Shown piece by piece: positions 27,069 to 41,362 of a stretch of 64,000 nt of DNA. The notes under the pieces are model-generated. The model worked only from the letters and a program-made list of their open reading frames with translations, did not search any database and was not told the origin of the DNA. The translations under genes and the position numbers were made by a program. Position 1 is the first letter of the stretch; every line of letters starts with the position of its first letter. The DNA comes from Octopus bimaculoides (Eukaryota): the NCBI RefSeq assembly GCF_001194135.2, contig NC_068993.1, forward strand, positions 5,105,271 to 5,169,270, written 5' to 3'.

Positions 27069-28734
27069 TATTATATCCTAAGGTACCACACAGCAGAACT
27101 GAACCTAGAATCATATGGTTGAGAAGCAAAGTTCAGAACCATTCGGCCATTCTTGCACCTACAATGTATGGTGCAAAAAAACAGGCATCAAGCAATAAAT
27201 AAATAAAACAAATTAAGGAAACCAAAAACAACAAAAAAGTATTAAAAAACCTGCTTTAAAATATTCTAGCAAATAAATAATTTGTATGTAGACTTTCACA
27301 AGAAAATAATTTTACCTGGCTAAAAGATAAAAAAATCCCACCTTAGTAAGAAAATATGTCTATAAAATTAATCAAAGAATTTCGTGTGAGTGTTGGCATT
27401 TGGTGATCTTGGATCTCACCATAGTGGACTGTGGTGTTGGCAAATGTCCAAACAAGTTGTTCTGTTTTCTGTCTGCCCCAGGCATCTCGTTGCTTGCGAT
27501 GGTTTCGTCTGATATTCAGATCTCAGATGTTGCAACTCACCTGTTTGAATGTTGTGACAAGGACTAAGGAATCAATGTAGCACAAGTGCACCAAACATTG
27601 TTAGACACGCATTTTTGAAGTAGTGCCGATGGAAGCACCAAAGAATTGGCAGTGAATTGGCGAAAGTTGTTGTTGTTTATTTTCTTATCAATGCCACCGA
27701 TATGCGGATAGTTGACTTGGCCTCCATATTTTGTGGCTGTGATGACAAATCATTTTGGCAATCATTCATGGCAATACTTTGAGAAGGGGGAGAGGGAGGG
27801 GAGGGGAAGAAGAGGAAAGCAAAGAAGAAAAAGAAGATGACAAAGAATAACAAACAAAATAAAAATTACAGTATATTCTAAGCAAAAAAGGATCAATATA
27901 TCTACACACAAACACATACACGCTCTCACACACGCACACACACATACGCACACACACACACAAATACACATTCACACACACATGCATGCATTGGGGCACA
28001 TAAACACACAGAGAAAACCTAATGTAAGTTCAACGCAGAAGAACCAACCAATATAGATAAATGGAGAGATATAGACTCAGATATTAGCATGTAAATACCT
28101 ACCAGAATGTGTGTGTCTGTGTGTCTGTGTGCACCAACGAACCAGACGGAACCTATAACAACTGTACCTAGATCTAAATTACCTTTCCAGACCCACACTG
28201 AACCAATTTCAATTTAATTTTGACTGATCACAGAAACAAATACCTTTTTAAGTTTTTGTTAAAAATCTACAGATAAAGCGCAAATTCCAAGAACGTTGAC
28301 TTGCAGCCTTCAAGAATTGTTCATCAAAGAACCAATGATTATTTTTCAGAACTGGTTTTCTGCCAGTCAGTCATATGGAATTGTATCTCTTGTTTAAACA
28401 CTGTGAATTAGGGCTGAACTCAAATTTAATTAATTAACTTGACTAACAAAGAGTCTTGATTAATGGCATACATAAATATGCACAGTGATATGTATGTCCT
28501 ACATACATTTTACATTCATGCATATATACATACAAACATATATATACATATATATACATACATATATACACATATATATACATACATATACATACATATA
28601 TATGCATATATATATATATATATACATATATATATACAAATATACATACATATACATACATATGTATTTGTACATATATATATGTATATACATATACATA
28701 TATATACATATATACATACACATTATCCTCATCA

Positions 28735-28900
28735 TCATCATCGTTTAAAGTCCACTTTCCTTGCTGGCATGGGTTGGACAGTTTGCTTTCTTCCATCTCC
28801 TGACACCCGGTGTAGGTTTGTTTACACCCCTTGTTTACACCTTGACAGTTCAGCATATGGAGACTCATTGGACTAGGTCCCAGGTTTAAAAGAGGTCCCA
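28735..28900 (-). repeat. Interspersed family with (GAT)n tail; related copies at about 10535-10590, 34880-35080, 36165-36340, 45385-45640, 55595-55770
   Basis: A (CAT)n run is followed each time by variants of GTTTAACGTCCACTTTCCATGCTGGCATGGGTTGGA and/or GCTGGATGCCCTTCC. Confidence 0.6.
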
Positions 28901-29338
28901 GAATCAATGCAATCCAAACTCAAAGACAAAACAGACCTTCAAAGAGAAATGCTCCAGTATGACCACAAACCTATGTAGAAGAATACAAAAACAAAAGGAC
29001 ATTTATATATACACATTTTTGTTTTCTTTTTGATAGGGTTGACCATTTATACAAATATATAAATAACTAAACATAATATTCTTACGAGGCAATAATTTTA
29101 TCCAAATATAATTTTATGATGCTCCTTTTTATGGTCATCAGTTAAGCTTCAAGAATTTATCCGTTGCTGCAGAAAGCACAAATCTAAGTGTTCCTCCTCC
29201 ACCAGTCTGCCAAAATTTGTTGCTGTTTGATGGGCAGTTTTGTCATCAGCATTTATTTTGTGTCTATTTTATTTGAGGAATTAGGAGGCCGGACATTTAA
29301 AATAGAAACGCCAACCTACACATGTATATGCGTGTGTA

Positions 29339-30148
29339 NNNNNNNNNNNNNNNNNNNNNNNNNNNNNNNNNNNNNNNNNNNNNNNNNNNNNNNNNNNNNN
29401 NNNNNNNNNNNNNNNNNNNNNNNNNNNNNNNNNNNNNNNNNNNNNNNNNNNNNNNNNNNNNNNNNNNNNNNNNNNNNNNNNNNNNNNNNNNNNNNNNNNN
29501 NNNNNNNNNNNNNNNNNNNNNNNNNNNNNNNNNNNNNNNNNNNNNNNNNNNNNNNNNNNNNNNNNNNNNNNNNNNNNNNNNNNNNNNNNNNNNNNNNNNN
29601 NNNNNNNNNNNNNNNNNNNNNNNNNNNNNNNNNNNNNNNNNNNNNNNNNNNNNNNNNNNNNNNNNNNNNNNNNNNNNNNNNNNNNNNNNNNNNNNNNNNN
29701 NNNNNNNNNNNNNNNNNNNNNNNNNNNNNNNNNNNNNNNNNNNNNNNNNNNNNNNNNNNNNNNNNNNNNNNNNNNNNNNNNNNNNNNNNNNNNNNNNNNN
29801 NNNNNNNNNNNNNNNNNNNNNNNNNNNNNNNNNNNNNNNNNNNNNNNNNNNNNNNNNNNNNNNNNNNNNNNNNNNNNNNNNNNNNNNNNNNNNNNNNNNN
29901 NNNNNNNNNNNNNNNNNNNNNNNNNNNNNNNNNNNNNNNNNNNNNNNNNNNNNNNNNNNNNNNNNNNNNNNNNNNNNNNNNNNNNNNNNNNNNNNNNNNN
30001 NNNNNNNNNNNNNNNNNNNNNNNNNNNNNNNNNNNNNNNNNNNNNNNNNNNNNNNNNNNNNNNNNNNNNNNNNNNNNNNNNNNNNNNNNNNNNNNNNNNN
30101 NNNNNNNNNNNNNNNNNNNNNNNNNNNNNNNNNNNNNNNNNNNNNNNN
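29339..30148. other. Largest assembly gap. Others: 2599-2608, 2766-2775, 4614-5037, 9077-9370, 20308-20374, about 26455-26492, 38084-38093, 42734-43073, 43885-44190, 49948-50051
   Basis: N runs, almost all flanked by microsatellites or homopolymers. Confidence 0.95.
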
Positions 30149-30184
<36 letters not shown>

Positions 30185-30371
30185 TGTTCTAACAGCCAGA
30201 GACTTTTTGCAATGCTTTCTTAAAATACATAAAAATCAGCAATGGTGGTCACTACTTTGCGGGAGAGCAGAGGTGTCGGGGAAGGAGATGGGTGATGGGG
30301 AGGGATGAAAAAGGGCTTACTGCAAGTTGTGGTGATTGTGGTGTTACAGTAGGGATGCTACTGAGGGGGGG

Positions 30372-30951
30372 TATGGTGGTGGTGGTGGTGGTGGCCATCC
30401 TCATCGCACTGGTGCTGGTGATTGTGGTGGTGGTTGTCGTTGTGGTGGCAGTGGTGGTGGTTGTGGTCGTGATGGTGGCAGTGGTTGTGGTGGTGGTTGT
30501 CGTTGTGGTGGCAGTGGTGGTGGTGGTGGTGGTGGCATCGTAACAGTCATCACGTCCAATTGTCTCCACAGTGACTGCCATGACCACCATCTTTAACTAT
30601 TGCCTTCATCATCCCCACCGCTTCCTCCACTGACCTCATCACCACCACCAACACAAACAACAACAGCCTCAGCATCATCACCACTATCACCTCCTTAGCT
30701 ACCGTTATCATAACCACTGCCACCACCATCTCTACCACCACCAACAAAACTATTGCAATCACCACAACCACCATCACCACCACCATCACCACCTCCACCA
30801 CAACCACAGCAAACACTGACACCACCCAACCACCACCGGCACTGCCAACACCACCACCATCACCATAATTATCGTCATTACCACAATAACATCAATAACA
30901 TCATTGTCCCATCACTTTCTCTACACCATCACCATGGCTATCATCACAACC

Positions 30952-30983
<32 letters not shown>

Positions 30984-30985
30984 CA
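30372..30985. repeat. (GGT)n-rich block followed by (ACC/CAA)n-rich block
   Basis: Direct inspection. Confidence 0.9.
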
Positions 30986-31544
30986 AAAACACAATAACTA
31001 CTTCACCACCCCCATTATCATTACTATTCGCACAGCTACCATCAGCATCGCCACCCCCATCAGACATAAGCATATCTGAAAGGGGGATTCCCCCCCCACA
31101 CTTTAGACCTACTTAAGCAAAGATGACTAACATTATTCAATAATAATATCACTAACAATCATATAATCACCACGAAAAATTATGAAAATTATCCTTCTCG
31201 TTATCACAATTAAAAATACGCATTGATATTACTGCCATTAACATCATTGATAATATTGCTGTGGAACAAACAATCTCTGTTTTTGTGAGTCAGGCTTGAT
31301 CATGTAGCTGTGCCTACTTCAAAAGAAGGGTATTCAGGCATCCTGGGTTTCCTGGGACTCATTCGGTTTTTCAAAAAACAGTCCTAGTTGTGTTGTCCAG
31401 GATGACATTGTATTTTAATTTCAAAAATAAGTTTTCTTAAATATTATTCAGTTTACTTTTATGATGTAATACTATTTTTTAGAAAGTGTTTTAGCTTTTT
31501 ATGAATCTTTTAGTTTTTAGAAAATACAGTTTTACAATTTCAAA

Positions 31545-31735
31545 TTTGTTTGTCCAGCTTTCGCTTTGACAACTGATGTTGGTATGCTTACATCCCAATA
31601 ACTTACCAGTTCAGCAAAAGAGACCGATAGAATAAGCACTAGGCTTACAAAGAATAAGTCCTGTGGTTTGTTTGTTCAACTAAAGGTGGTGCTCCAGCAT
31701 GGCCACAGTCAAATGACTGAAACAAGTAAAAGAAT
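31545..31735 (+). mobile_element. SINE family A, 3' half
   Basis: AAAAGAGACCGATAGAATAAG...GGTGGTGCTCCAGCATGGCCACAGTCAAATGACTGAAACAAG. Confidence 0.8.
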
Positions 31736-32369
31736 AGACATGTACTTGACCACACAACCCCCAAAACTTGCTGCAATGGAAATTTAAGGATGGGAGAACC
31801 AGAGGGATAATGATTAGTCTCGGTACTTAGCTTGTTCTCATTGCATCTAAGTAGACTGGAGCAACACAATACACTACTACACTGCTTGTTCTAGGAATTG
31901 AACCCACAGTTTATGATCCCGAACTCAACACTCTCTTACCACTAGCCCCCACCCACCATGCCTTTATTAGTTGAAATAAGTTCTGGCTTAACTGATGTTG
32001 TCATTATCAACAGTATTTTGGTCATTTTGATTGCCCATAACTAACAGACACAATTGTATCCCTGCCTCCGCCGCCTCCTTCATCTCCTCCTCTCCATCAC
32101 AATCGACACCATTGTCGGCGTTGGCGTCAGCGTCATCATTGTCATGATTATCATCATCGTCATTTTTATCTGCTTAACAACTACATATCTGCTGCTGTCA
32201 GAGCGCCAATATATTATTCCCAATGGAAATGGTATTTGTGTATTCCTGCTCTCTGCTCGTTCCGATAATACACTCTAACGAGACTTTATAATTGACCCTG
32301 CCTCACATACTTCATTAGAACGTTTAGAGATATTATATATAGATCTATATAGGCTGGTATACACTTCTA

Positions 32370-33420
32370 ACAACGTCGAGGAGGGGGAGGAGGAGGAGGA
32401 GGACAACGATAATAATAATGATGATGATGATGATAATGACGATGATGGCAGTGATGATAATAATGATGAGACCAATGATGATGACGATGACGATGATGAT
32501 GAGAGTGACAATAAAATAACGATGACGGTGGGGGTGGTGGGGTGGTGGGGGTGACGATGACGATGATAACAATGATAATGATAGTAACGATGATTATGCT
32601 CATGGTAATGGTGATGATGATGACGATCAAGACGATGACGACGACAATGATGTTGATGACGATGATGGTAGTGGTAGTGGTGGTGGTGGTAGTGGTGGTG
32701 GTGGTAGTGGTGGTGGTGGTAACAATGATGATGGTGATGAAGACAGCAGAACTTTATCAACCAGTGTTTCACTTTACTGAGTTCAAGCCCCAAACGAGAT
32801 ACCAATGGTCTGTAATTTGAAGCGAGAAGTTTATCTGAAATTTTACTGATCAGCTTTCCCCCCCCCCCCACTCCATTTTCTTTCCTTGTTTTACTTTCAT
32901 TTTCTCTTCTTCTTCTTTCCCTTGGTAATAAGGGTGGGGTGGGTGAGATTTAGTGGAGAGAAGCTGCGATGGCAAAGTTGAATATATTGCCATTGTTGTT
33001 GTTGTTGTTGTTGTGGTGGTGGTGGTGGTGGTAACAGTTAGAAGAGATAATATTTCTAAGATGGTGGGAATGATAAGATGTTTATGACAATAAAGAGTAA
33101 AAAACGATAAACATTTCCATAACTGATGACGACTTTGAGGAGAAAAAGGACGATGAGGGTGATGACGATGATGATGATGATGACGACGATGAGGAGGAGG
33201 AGGAGGAGAAGGACTATCACAAAGATGATGTTGGTAATGATAAGTATGATGATGATGTTGACAATAGTGGTGATGATGATGATGATGATGATGAGGATGA
33301 TGATGGTGGTGGTGGTGATGGTGACGTTGATGATGATGACAATGATGATGGTGTTGGTGATGATGGTGATGAGGATGCCGCCGCCACCGACGCTGATGAT
33401 GATGATGTTGATCATTACAG
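32370..33420. repeat. Compound (GAT/GAC/GGT)n trinucleotide field
   Basis: Direct inspection; gives poly-Met/Val/His pseudo-ORFs. Confidence 0.9.
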
Positions 33421-34204
33421 TGATAATGTGTTAGATTTCTAGACGATAAATGAAAATATATGTGTGTGTATGCCTATATGTGTGTGCCTGTATGTGTGTG
33501 TGTGTATATGTAAGTGTGTGTGTGTGTGTGTGTAAAGTGTGATGTAATGTTAAAGTTCTTATCACAAGTGTATTAGTAACATCAGTGAAGCAAAATGTCT
33601 TTGTTTGTAAAAGCTAAAAACAGAAAATGATGAAGTCTATAGTGAAATTAGTAGACTTAATCCAAGCCAACCGTTTGGCCGAGTCATGAGAGTTTGTGGT
33701 ATTTATTTCAGCTCTTTGCATTCTGAGTTCAAGTCCTGTTACTGTTAATTTGCTTTTACTCATTCTGGAGTCAATAAAACAAAATAACTATCAAATTACT
33801 GAGATCCTGGGGTCAATTCTTCACTTTCTTAGGGTTGGGTAGGTTGCATTGTGGGAAAGAAATATCAGGGCAGTGAGAATGGTGCTCACAGTATCTCTTT
33901 ACTCCTACATAACCGTTTCCACTCCATCATGGTGGAAGAATATGGTTGATGAGAATCTGATTGTTTTTGAGACATGAAGAGATTTGTCAATTCCTAGTTT
34001 AATGCTTTTACCTGGGTCATGGACTCCTCCAGCAGAGTACTGGGGCTAATCTAATCCAGTGGCCCCCCTCCCTAAATATTTCGGGCCTTGTGGCTAGAGT
34101 AGAAAAGAATGTAATGCTGGAAGAAATACCACCAAGCATTTTGTGCGATGCCGTAACGATTCTGCTAGTAACAATTCTGCCAAAGCATAACACTAATTTC
34201 ACAG

Positions 34205-34251
34205 GTTTATTGAAGACTTCTTTTGAAGCTACAATGAGGATACCTGGCCAG
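34205..34251 (+). other. Candidate exon (LLKTSFEATMRIPGQ, or UTR plus start)
   Basis: Branch-like cactaat, acceptor ttcacag, donor CAG/gtgagg. Confidence 0.25.
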
Positions 34252-35204
34252 GTGAGGTAATGTCATACACAAATGGTCAACAGTGCATAAACAAGGATTG
34301 CAATAAAGTTGTACTAATTAATTATCACATCATTTTCTCTATTAAAATGCTATCACAAATTATGAATACGTATTTAATCGCATTAGGGTTTAGTATTTAA
34401 TTAAAAATTCATTAATTATCTTTATTATCATCAGTCTGGATATCAGCTTTTAGTATCACACGTATGTTTGATCTTGCAAAATAAAATGTTCTTTAATAAA
34501 CTATAAACCGTTCATATTATTATACAGTAATATTTGTTTGGAAATTTTTTAATTAGGTAGGATATTTTGCGAGAAAATTTATGTAATTTTTCTATTAAAT
34601 CTTGTGATCATTTCACAAAAAGGTACGTGTTGTTGTTGTTGGTGTCATCATCGTCGTCGTCGTCGTCGTCGTCGTCATCATCGTCGTCATCGTTGTCATC
34701 ATCACCGTTGTTGTCGTTGTTGTTGTTGTTTTCTGTGTCTTAGTCAGTCTTGATTAAAGAGTTTATGTAAACTGTCAGATTTTGTACTCTCTGCAGATTC
34801 ATTCCTTCAGTTGTACCATGCCTCTGTCAGCATGAGATCTACACCTCAATAATGGTCATTGTCACCATCGTCATCATCATCATCATCATTGCTTAACGTC
34901 CACTTTTCCACGTTTACATGGGTCAGATAAAATTTATGAAGACAGCTTTTTTTCTATGATCAGATGCCCTTCCAAATTGCAAATAAGATCATATTTCCCA
35001 AGGCCAGGCATTTTTATGCAGAAGATTGCAACCAAAAGTTACTGTCTGTAGCACAATGAAACTGAGTTGCAACTATCGTATGATTTCAAGGTGAGGAGAC
35101 ACTAACACACACACAACTGCATATAAATGCATATACATGCATACATACATACGTTAATCGATGATGATAAATATGATATATGTAATGTATATTTATGTAT
35201 ATGT

Positions 35205-35350
35205 ATATACATGACAGGCTTCTTTCACCTTCTGTCAATCAAGCTCACTCACAAAGCTTTGGCAGGCCTGGAACTATTGTAGAAAAACACTTGCTCAAGG
35301 TGCCAAGCAGTGGGGCTGAACCAAAGGCCATGTGAATGGGCAGCAAACTT
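35205..35350 (-). mobile_element. SINE family A, 5' half, minus strand
   Basis: Reverse complement of the head (CACTTGCTCAAGGTGCC...GCTGAACC). Confidence 0.65.
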
Positions 35351-36635
35351 CATAACTCTACAGCCATGCCTATCCCTTTTGTGAAGCTTTTTAATAATAA
35401 TTCTTCCTAATTTGGGCACAAAGCCAGCAATTTTTGAGGTGGGAACTCCACTTACATTGCCCCCAGACTTGAACTGTTACTTATTTCATTGAATTCCACA
35501 AGAAAAAAATGGATGAAAGATAGAGTCAACTTCAGTAGCAATTGTACTCAGAACATAAAACGCTGAAAGAAACATCAAAACGTGCTTTTTTTTTAACCAA
35601 TATTCCTACAATTCAACCGATCCACAAAGTTAACCTGTATTTACAACATTCCTATAACTTTTGAGCTGCATCTGTATTTGGCCGAAAGCACAGATGTATT
35701 CATCCTGGTTGTTTATGATTTCTTTCCTTTGCCATTTTCACCTTTTGTACGTGAGAAACTTTTGTATTCATTATGAAGTAGTTACATTTACTTAAAACAA
35801 CTTTAGTTGCCTTTCAAAGAGATTTCCTCTTTCTGCTGTTGGTAACTGTCTTTAATATCAAGAGCATTCTTGTATTCTTGCAGCTTTTGAAGTGTAAGCC
35901 ACTTAGGCTCTGCAATAAAGATATCAAAAACAATGGGAATTGTTTATAAGAGAAACTTCAATGACCATCCAAACTTTTAAACATACATATATGCACATAT
36001 ATAGGCATATACATACATATATACATGTGTGCATGTGTATGTGCATGTGTCTACACACACACCACTGTGTATATACATGCATATATATATATATATACAT
36101 ATATACCATCTTCACTATCCACCTCATCACCATCTCCTCATCATCATCATTTTCATCACCATCACCCTCATCGTTTTAGCATCCTCTTTTTCATGCTTGC
36201 ACGAGTCAGACAGGAATTAGTTGAGGCAGGTTTCCTACAGCTGGATACCATTCCTGTCACCAACCTTCACCTGTTTTCGAGCTAGACAATATTTTCTCCC
36301 ATGCTCAGATGTGATTTTCACTGAAGACTGAAGACAAACAACATTGTTTGTATCACAATGGCACTCATTTACTACAATCAAGTGCACACAAACACACATA
36401 CATACATGTCCAAACACACACACACACATAACACACACACACACATACACTCTCTCTCTCACACACACACACACAAACACACTCACACTCATATATGCAT
36501 ACTGCCTCTGTTACCTACCTAACTGTAGGTTGTAACCAAACAAAACTCTCTATATTCCCATATATGTCTTTGGATGTATGGAAATATACAAGGAGTATTA
36601 ATGCTGTGGTAGAATTCAAACTGAAATTACACATT

Positions 36636-36651
36636 ATAGATAGATAGACAT

Positions 36652-36706
<55 letters not shown>

Positions 36707-37150
36707 TGGTGACAATGATTATAACAAGGAGAGTGACGGTGATGAAAATTTCTTTGTGGAGAAAGTAGCATTAACGATACCACTACTACCACTACAACTG
36801 TGAGGCTGATGATGATGTAACAACTACTATGGTGATGTTTAAGATGATGATTGTCAATTTGCATGTCATTGCCACTCATAGACGATGAAGATGACAACAA
36901 CAACAATGACATTGAACGATATAAAATAGACTTCCAATCAAAGGCAATAATACTGATGATGATGATGATGATGATGATGACGACGACGATGGTGGTTGTA
37001 GTGGTGGCAGTGGTGGTGGTAGTGGTGGTGCTAATTGACAACAACGATGATGGTGATGATGATGATGAAGGTGATAGTAATGATGGTGATAATAGTGGGG
37101 ATGATGATGATAATGATGAGGAAAATGATGATGATGATGATAAATATAAT
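36636..37150. repeat. (GATA)n followed by (GAT/GGT)n microsatellites
   Basis: Direct inspection. Confidence 0.9.
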
Positions 37151-37693
37151 GTGATCACTTGTAAGACATTCTATCAATCTGACAGATTCGATAACCTACC
37201 CTGTATAGTTTGAAATTGATATCAGCCAGTGCCAAAACTTTTTGTCTGTCAATTGTACTCCTCTGAACAAGACGTTGGCCTGAAGATCATTCAACGTGGC
37301 AGATTGGAAATAAAATAAAAAATATTATCCAATAACAGATAATAACTTGTCTTAATAGGATTCTAGTATGGTACTTCAAAAAATTCCAATTCACAAATGA
37401 CACTGCTACATGTTAAATTCCTAATTCAGTCGTTACATTCCTACTCATCTTCCAGACTCCTATTCATTCCCTAAACTCATTCTCACTTGCTCAACCCATC
37501 ACACCATTCATATAGTTCATACATATATAATTCAGGCATACATAGTTCATGTAGAGTGTTATGCAAAGCTCTTCCACAGCTAGTGGCTACCTGATGTCAT
37601 CATGCAGTGGAAATGCTCCTGCTACTGGATATACAACAGGAATTTTATGGCATCAGTAGAGTTTATATAAATAGATAAATGATAGAAAATGGA

Positions 37694-37766
37694 TAGATAG
37701 ATAGATAGATAGACAGATAGACAGATAGATAGACAGACAGCTAGACAGATAGATAGACAGACAGCT

Positions 37767-37813
<47 letters not shown>

Positions 37814-37821
37814 CAGACAGA
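37694..37821. repeat. Compound (GATA)n/(GACA)n
   Basis: Direct inspection. Confidence 0.9.
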
Positions 37822-40800
37822 TATGTTTTTATGCACCGATAACAGTAGATCAATATATGCAGAGGTAAGAAATGTTCTCATTGCAGGAAATTTGGAAATT
37901 TGGCAAAAAACAGGTGGAAATGATCCTTATTTTCAAAATGAAACAAATTAGACAAAATAAAGTTTTGCTTTTTCTATGTTCCTTTCAAAATATAATTCAG
38001 TACCTTTAACAGGACTTGAACCAGTCATTCATGAACCATATCTCTGGAATATCAATAGTGCTTTTTTTTTTTTTTTTTTTTCTNNNNNNNNNNTCTCACG
38101 TTGTTACATTTTTCTATTTGTAAATGAGTAACACATGTTTGGAAACAAGAAAAATAAGTGGTTTCATGATAGCAGTCAATAGAAACATCAGCACAGAACA
38201 TAATTTCAGGGGGTAATTTAACACTAACTGCAATGGAAAACTTTGGGGAGTACACACACACACACACACACGCACATACACACAAATGCACACACACTTT
38301 GATCTAAATATAACTTTCCTGGAGAGATGAAACAAACAGTCTGTTTGTATCTGAAAATACACTTTAATATACTATGTGTCACATATATTTTAGTAGTAAA
38401 TATCATGGAGTAATCTAGGGAACCTGTTTCATTTCCTGGCTACAGCAATTTTATTTCAATTACATTTCTTTTTTTTTTTCAATTTCAATTTTGTATTTGG
38501 TTTGCACACACACACACACACATGCTGGTTCTGTTTTACTTCTTTTAGTATTATTAGTCAACTAATTAGCCAGTTAATTAATTAATAATAATGATGATGG
38601 TGATGGTGATGATGATAAAAGAAGTGAAATAGAATCAATGCATATATCTATTATTAGCATAATGACCCTCCTAACATACAACTAATTCAATTCATTTTTA
38701 TTTTGGTAAGAACATCATGAACATCTCAACAGTCTGTTTTGCTATTTGAATCTTTCTCTTCCATGTCTTTGAAAGATTTAAATATATTAAGGAATGTTCT
38801 ATAGGAAATTTCCATGTCAACATATACATCTTTAGTGTTGTCTAACCCATTAGCAATTATCTCCTTTCTCATTTCCTTCAGTTTAGTTTCTCAGATGATA
38901 TTAAAACAATCCTCTATTTTTGTGTTTGATATTTAAATTTCTCTAGTTTCTTTTTTGTCTTTTTTTTTCTTTATCTAATGGAGTAGTACATAGAATTTCA
39001 GGTCAATTAGTTGCGGAGATATTGCCTCGTCTCTCTTTTGAGAAAGATTTTGGCCACTCCTAGTATCTTCCACTTTATTTTCCATTTTCTAGATCATTTT
39101 GAGATCAAAGGCATTGTTCTTTAGCAGTTCACAGTCTTTAACAAGAGAAAGAATTTTATGGACAATTTTCTGCAGAAAAATTCAACTTAGTCAATTTTGT
39201 GATGGCGTCAAAATATTTTATCTGTTTTGTATTTTATTCGACCAATTCCCCTTGCATGCCTTATACAAACAGTTTTGTTTGCTATGGTACATATATTTTA
39301 TGAAAGACAGTAAATATATTACATACAATTATATAAATAATTCAAGCACTCAAAACTAATTAGTATAATTGTGTTAAACCGTGTCAAAGCTGAAGATGTA
39401 TTTGTTAATCAATTTTATTGCTTATTTATCTTTCCAAACTGACAACTGGTCTGTTAAATGTCTCTAGACATACGTTGCTGCAACACATGCAGAAAATACA
39501 CCCATACACACAAATAATTATGCATAAATGCAAACATAAACGCACCACTTATGAAAAAAATTAAACCATAACAGATGCACTCTAATATTCTACAAGAGAC
39601 AAACACTAATTAATACGGCAATTAATTTGATGTTTATTTGTATTTCTATATAAAAATTTCATGCAATCACTAATATTTTCAGTTGCATTAAATCTTTACT
39701 TCAAATTCTATAGACTAAGTGATTTTAGTTTAAATTGTTCTATTTTTATTTCTGTATCATTGCAATAATGACTTGGTTGTTTATAAATAGAATAAATAAA
39801 CAAACCAGCAAATAAACTAGTTCACTTTTGTTGTGTGTTCTGTTAGCAAAGCAATATTTAATTATTTCAACATGGTAACTTTGGAAATAGCACAGGGAAA
39901 AAAAACAAAAACAACAGCAGCTATATTTGACAGATTTTTTTTTCCTCTCCTTTAGTTTAATATTTTCACATAATTTGGATGAAGAACAGATGTAAAACAA
40001 AAGTTTCTCTATTTTACATGATTTAAATCCCACACAGGGGTTCCTTGGGGATTTTACTTCGTTCAATTATTTGCTTAGAATATGATACCACTCTTCCTAG
40101 TTCCTTTTGAACAGAATATTTTGGCAATTTTGGCAATAGACTCTAAAGAAAACATTTACTTCAAATAATTCTGTTGTATTTTACAAGAAACTCTTTTGGG
40201 GGGAAAAAATTGTCCCCAAAATTCTATCTAAACAAATATAAATTAATAAAAGTGTGTGTGTTTCTCAAAATAGTAACAGTTAAACTTAAATATGTTATTT
40301 CGATGTTACAATCTGAAAAAATGGTAAAATATATTTCTGTGCACAAACACTAGCATCCACATTTTAAAGGTTAAACCAAATTAATAATATAAAACATCTG
40401 CAACAATTTATAAGATTATTGTCGCTGGTGTTGCTATTATTTTTATTATCATTATCATTATTATTATCATTATTATTATTATTATTATTATTATTGCCAT
40501 CATCATTATTATTGTATTTCTTTTAGATTTCTTCTATGTAATTCTATTATTAAAATAGTCTTGAACTGTCTATAATTATTTTCTATATAATTTTGATAAA
40601 TGTTAAGCATTTAAAGAAAAACAGAAAGAGATAGTAATACTATAAAAAAAAGGCGGGAGGGATGATTCTATAACTAATCTGACAGATCTTTTGGAGATTA
40701 AATTGATTATGCATTGTTAAAATATTGATCTAATTTATGGGAGACTCTGCTCAGAGATAAATTTGCCTCTACAAATTTGAAATGTTTTAAAGAGAAAAAA

Positions 40801-40984
40801 ATATGTAGCATAAAACGACGCATTTTTTGTGTTGCTGCGACATATTTGTTTCTACTGTTAGTATCTTGTGATTAAGATTTGGAACAAGGTTTAAAACAGG
40901 TTAAAATGTGTAAGCACAAGCATGTCTATGTGGCCAAGAAGCTTTTTCTGTAGCCATGTGGTTTTTGGTTACCAGTCATACATT

Positions 40985-41122
40985 GGGGTCAATGTATGAC
41001 TGGTATTTATTTTATCAAACAGAAAGATGAAATGATGAAAAGCCAGTTCAATTTGACAGAATTTGAACTCAGAACGTAAAGACAGACAAAATTCCACCAA
41101 ACATTTTACCAGTTCACCACCT
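40985..41122 (-). mobile_element. SINE family B, partial, in tandem with the next copy
   Basis: GAATTTGAACTCAGAACGTAAAG and ACTGGTATTTATTTTATC segments. Confidence 0.65.
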
Positions 41123-41140
41123 TAACACAGAAGTATAACA

Positions 41141-41362
41141 TTCTTTTCTACTCTAGACACAAGGCTCAAAACTTTTGAGAAAGGGGGGGGGGCAATCGAT
41201 GAGATCGACTCCCAGTATGCAACTGGTACTTAATTTATCAACCCCGAAAGGATGAAAGGCAAAGTCAACCTCCTCAGAATTTGAACTCAGAACATAAAAA
41301 CTGACAAAATACTGCTAAGCATTTTCACCCGGCATGCTAACAATGCTGTCAGCTCGCTGCCT
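41141..41362 (-). mobile_element. SINE family B, full length
   Basis: Closely similar to 16221-16439. Confidence 0.85.

Noticed and set aside
29188-30308. 334-aa and 328-aa ORFs, and other X-filled ORFs
   Set aside because: Open only because they run through N gaps.
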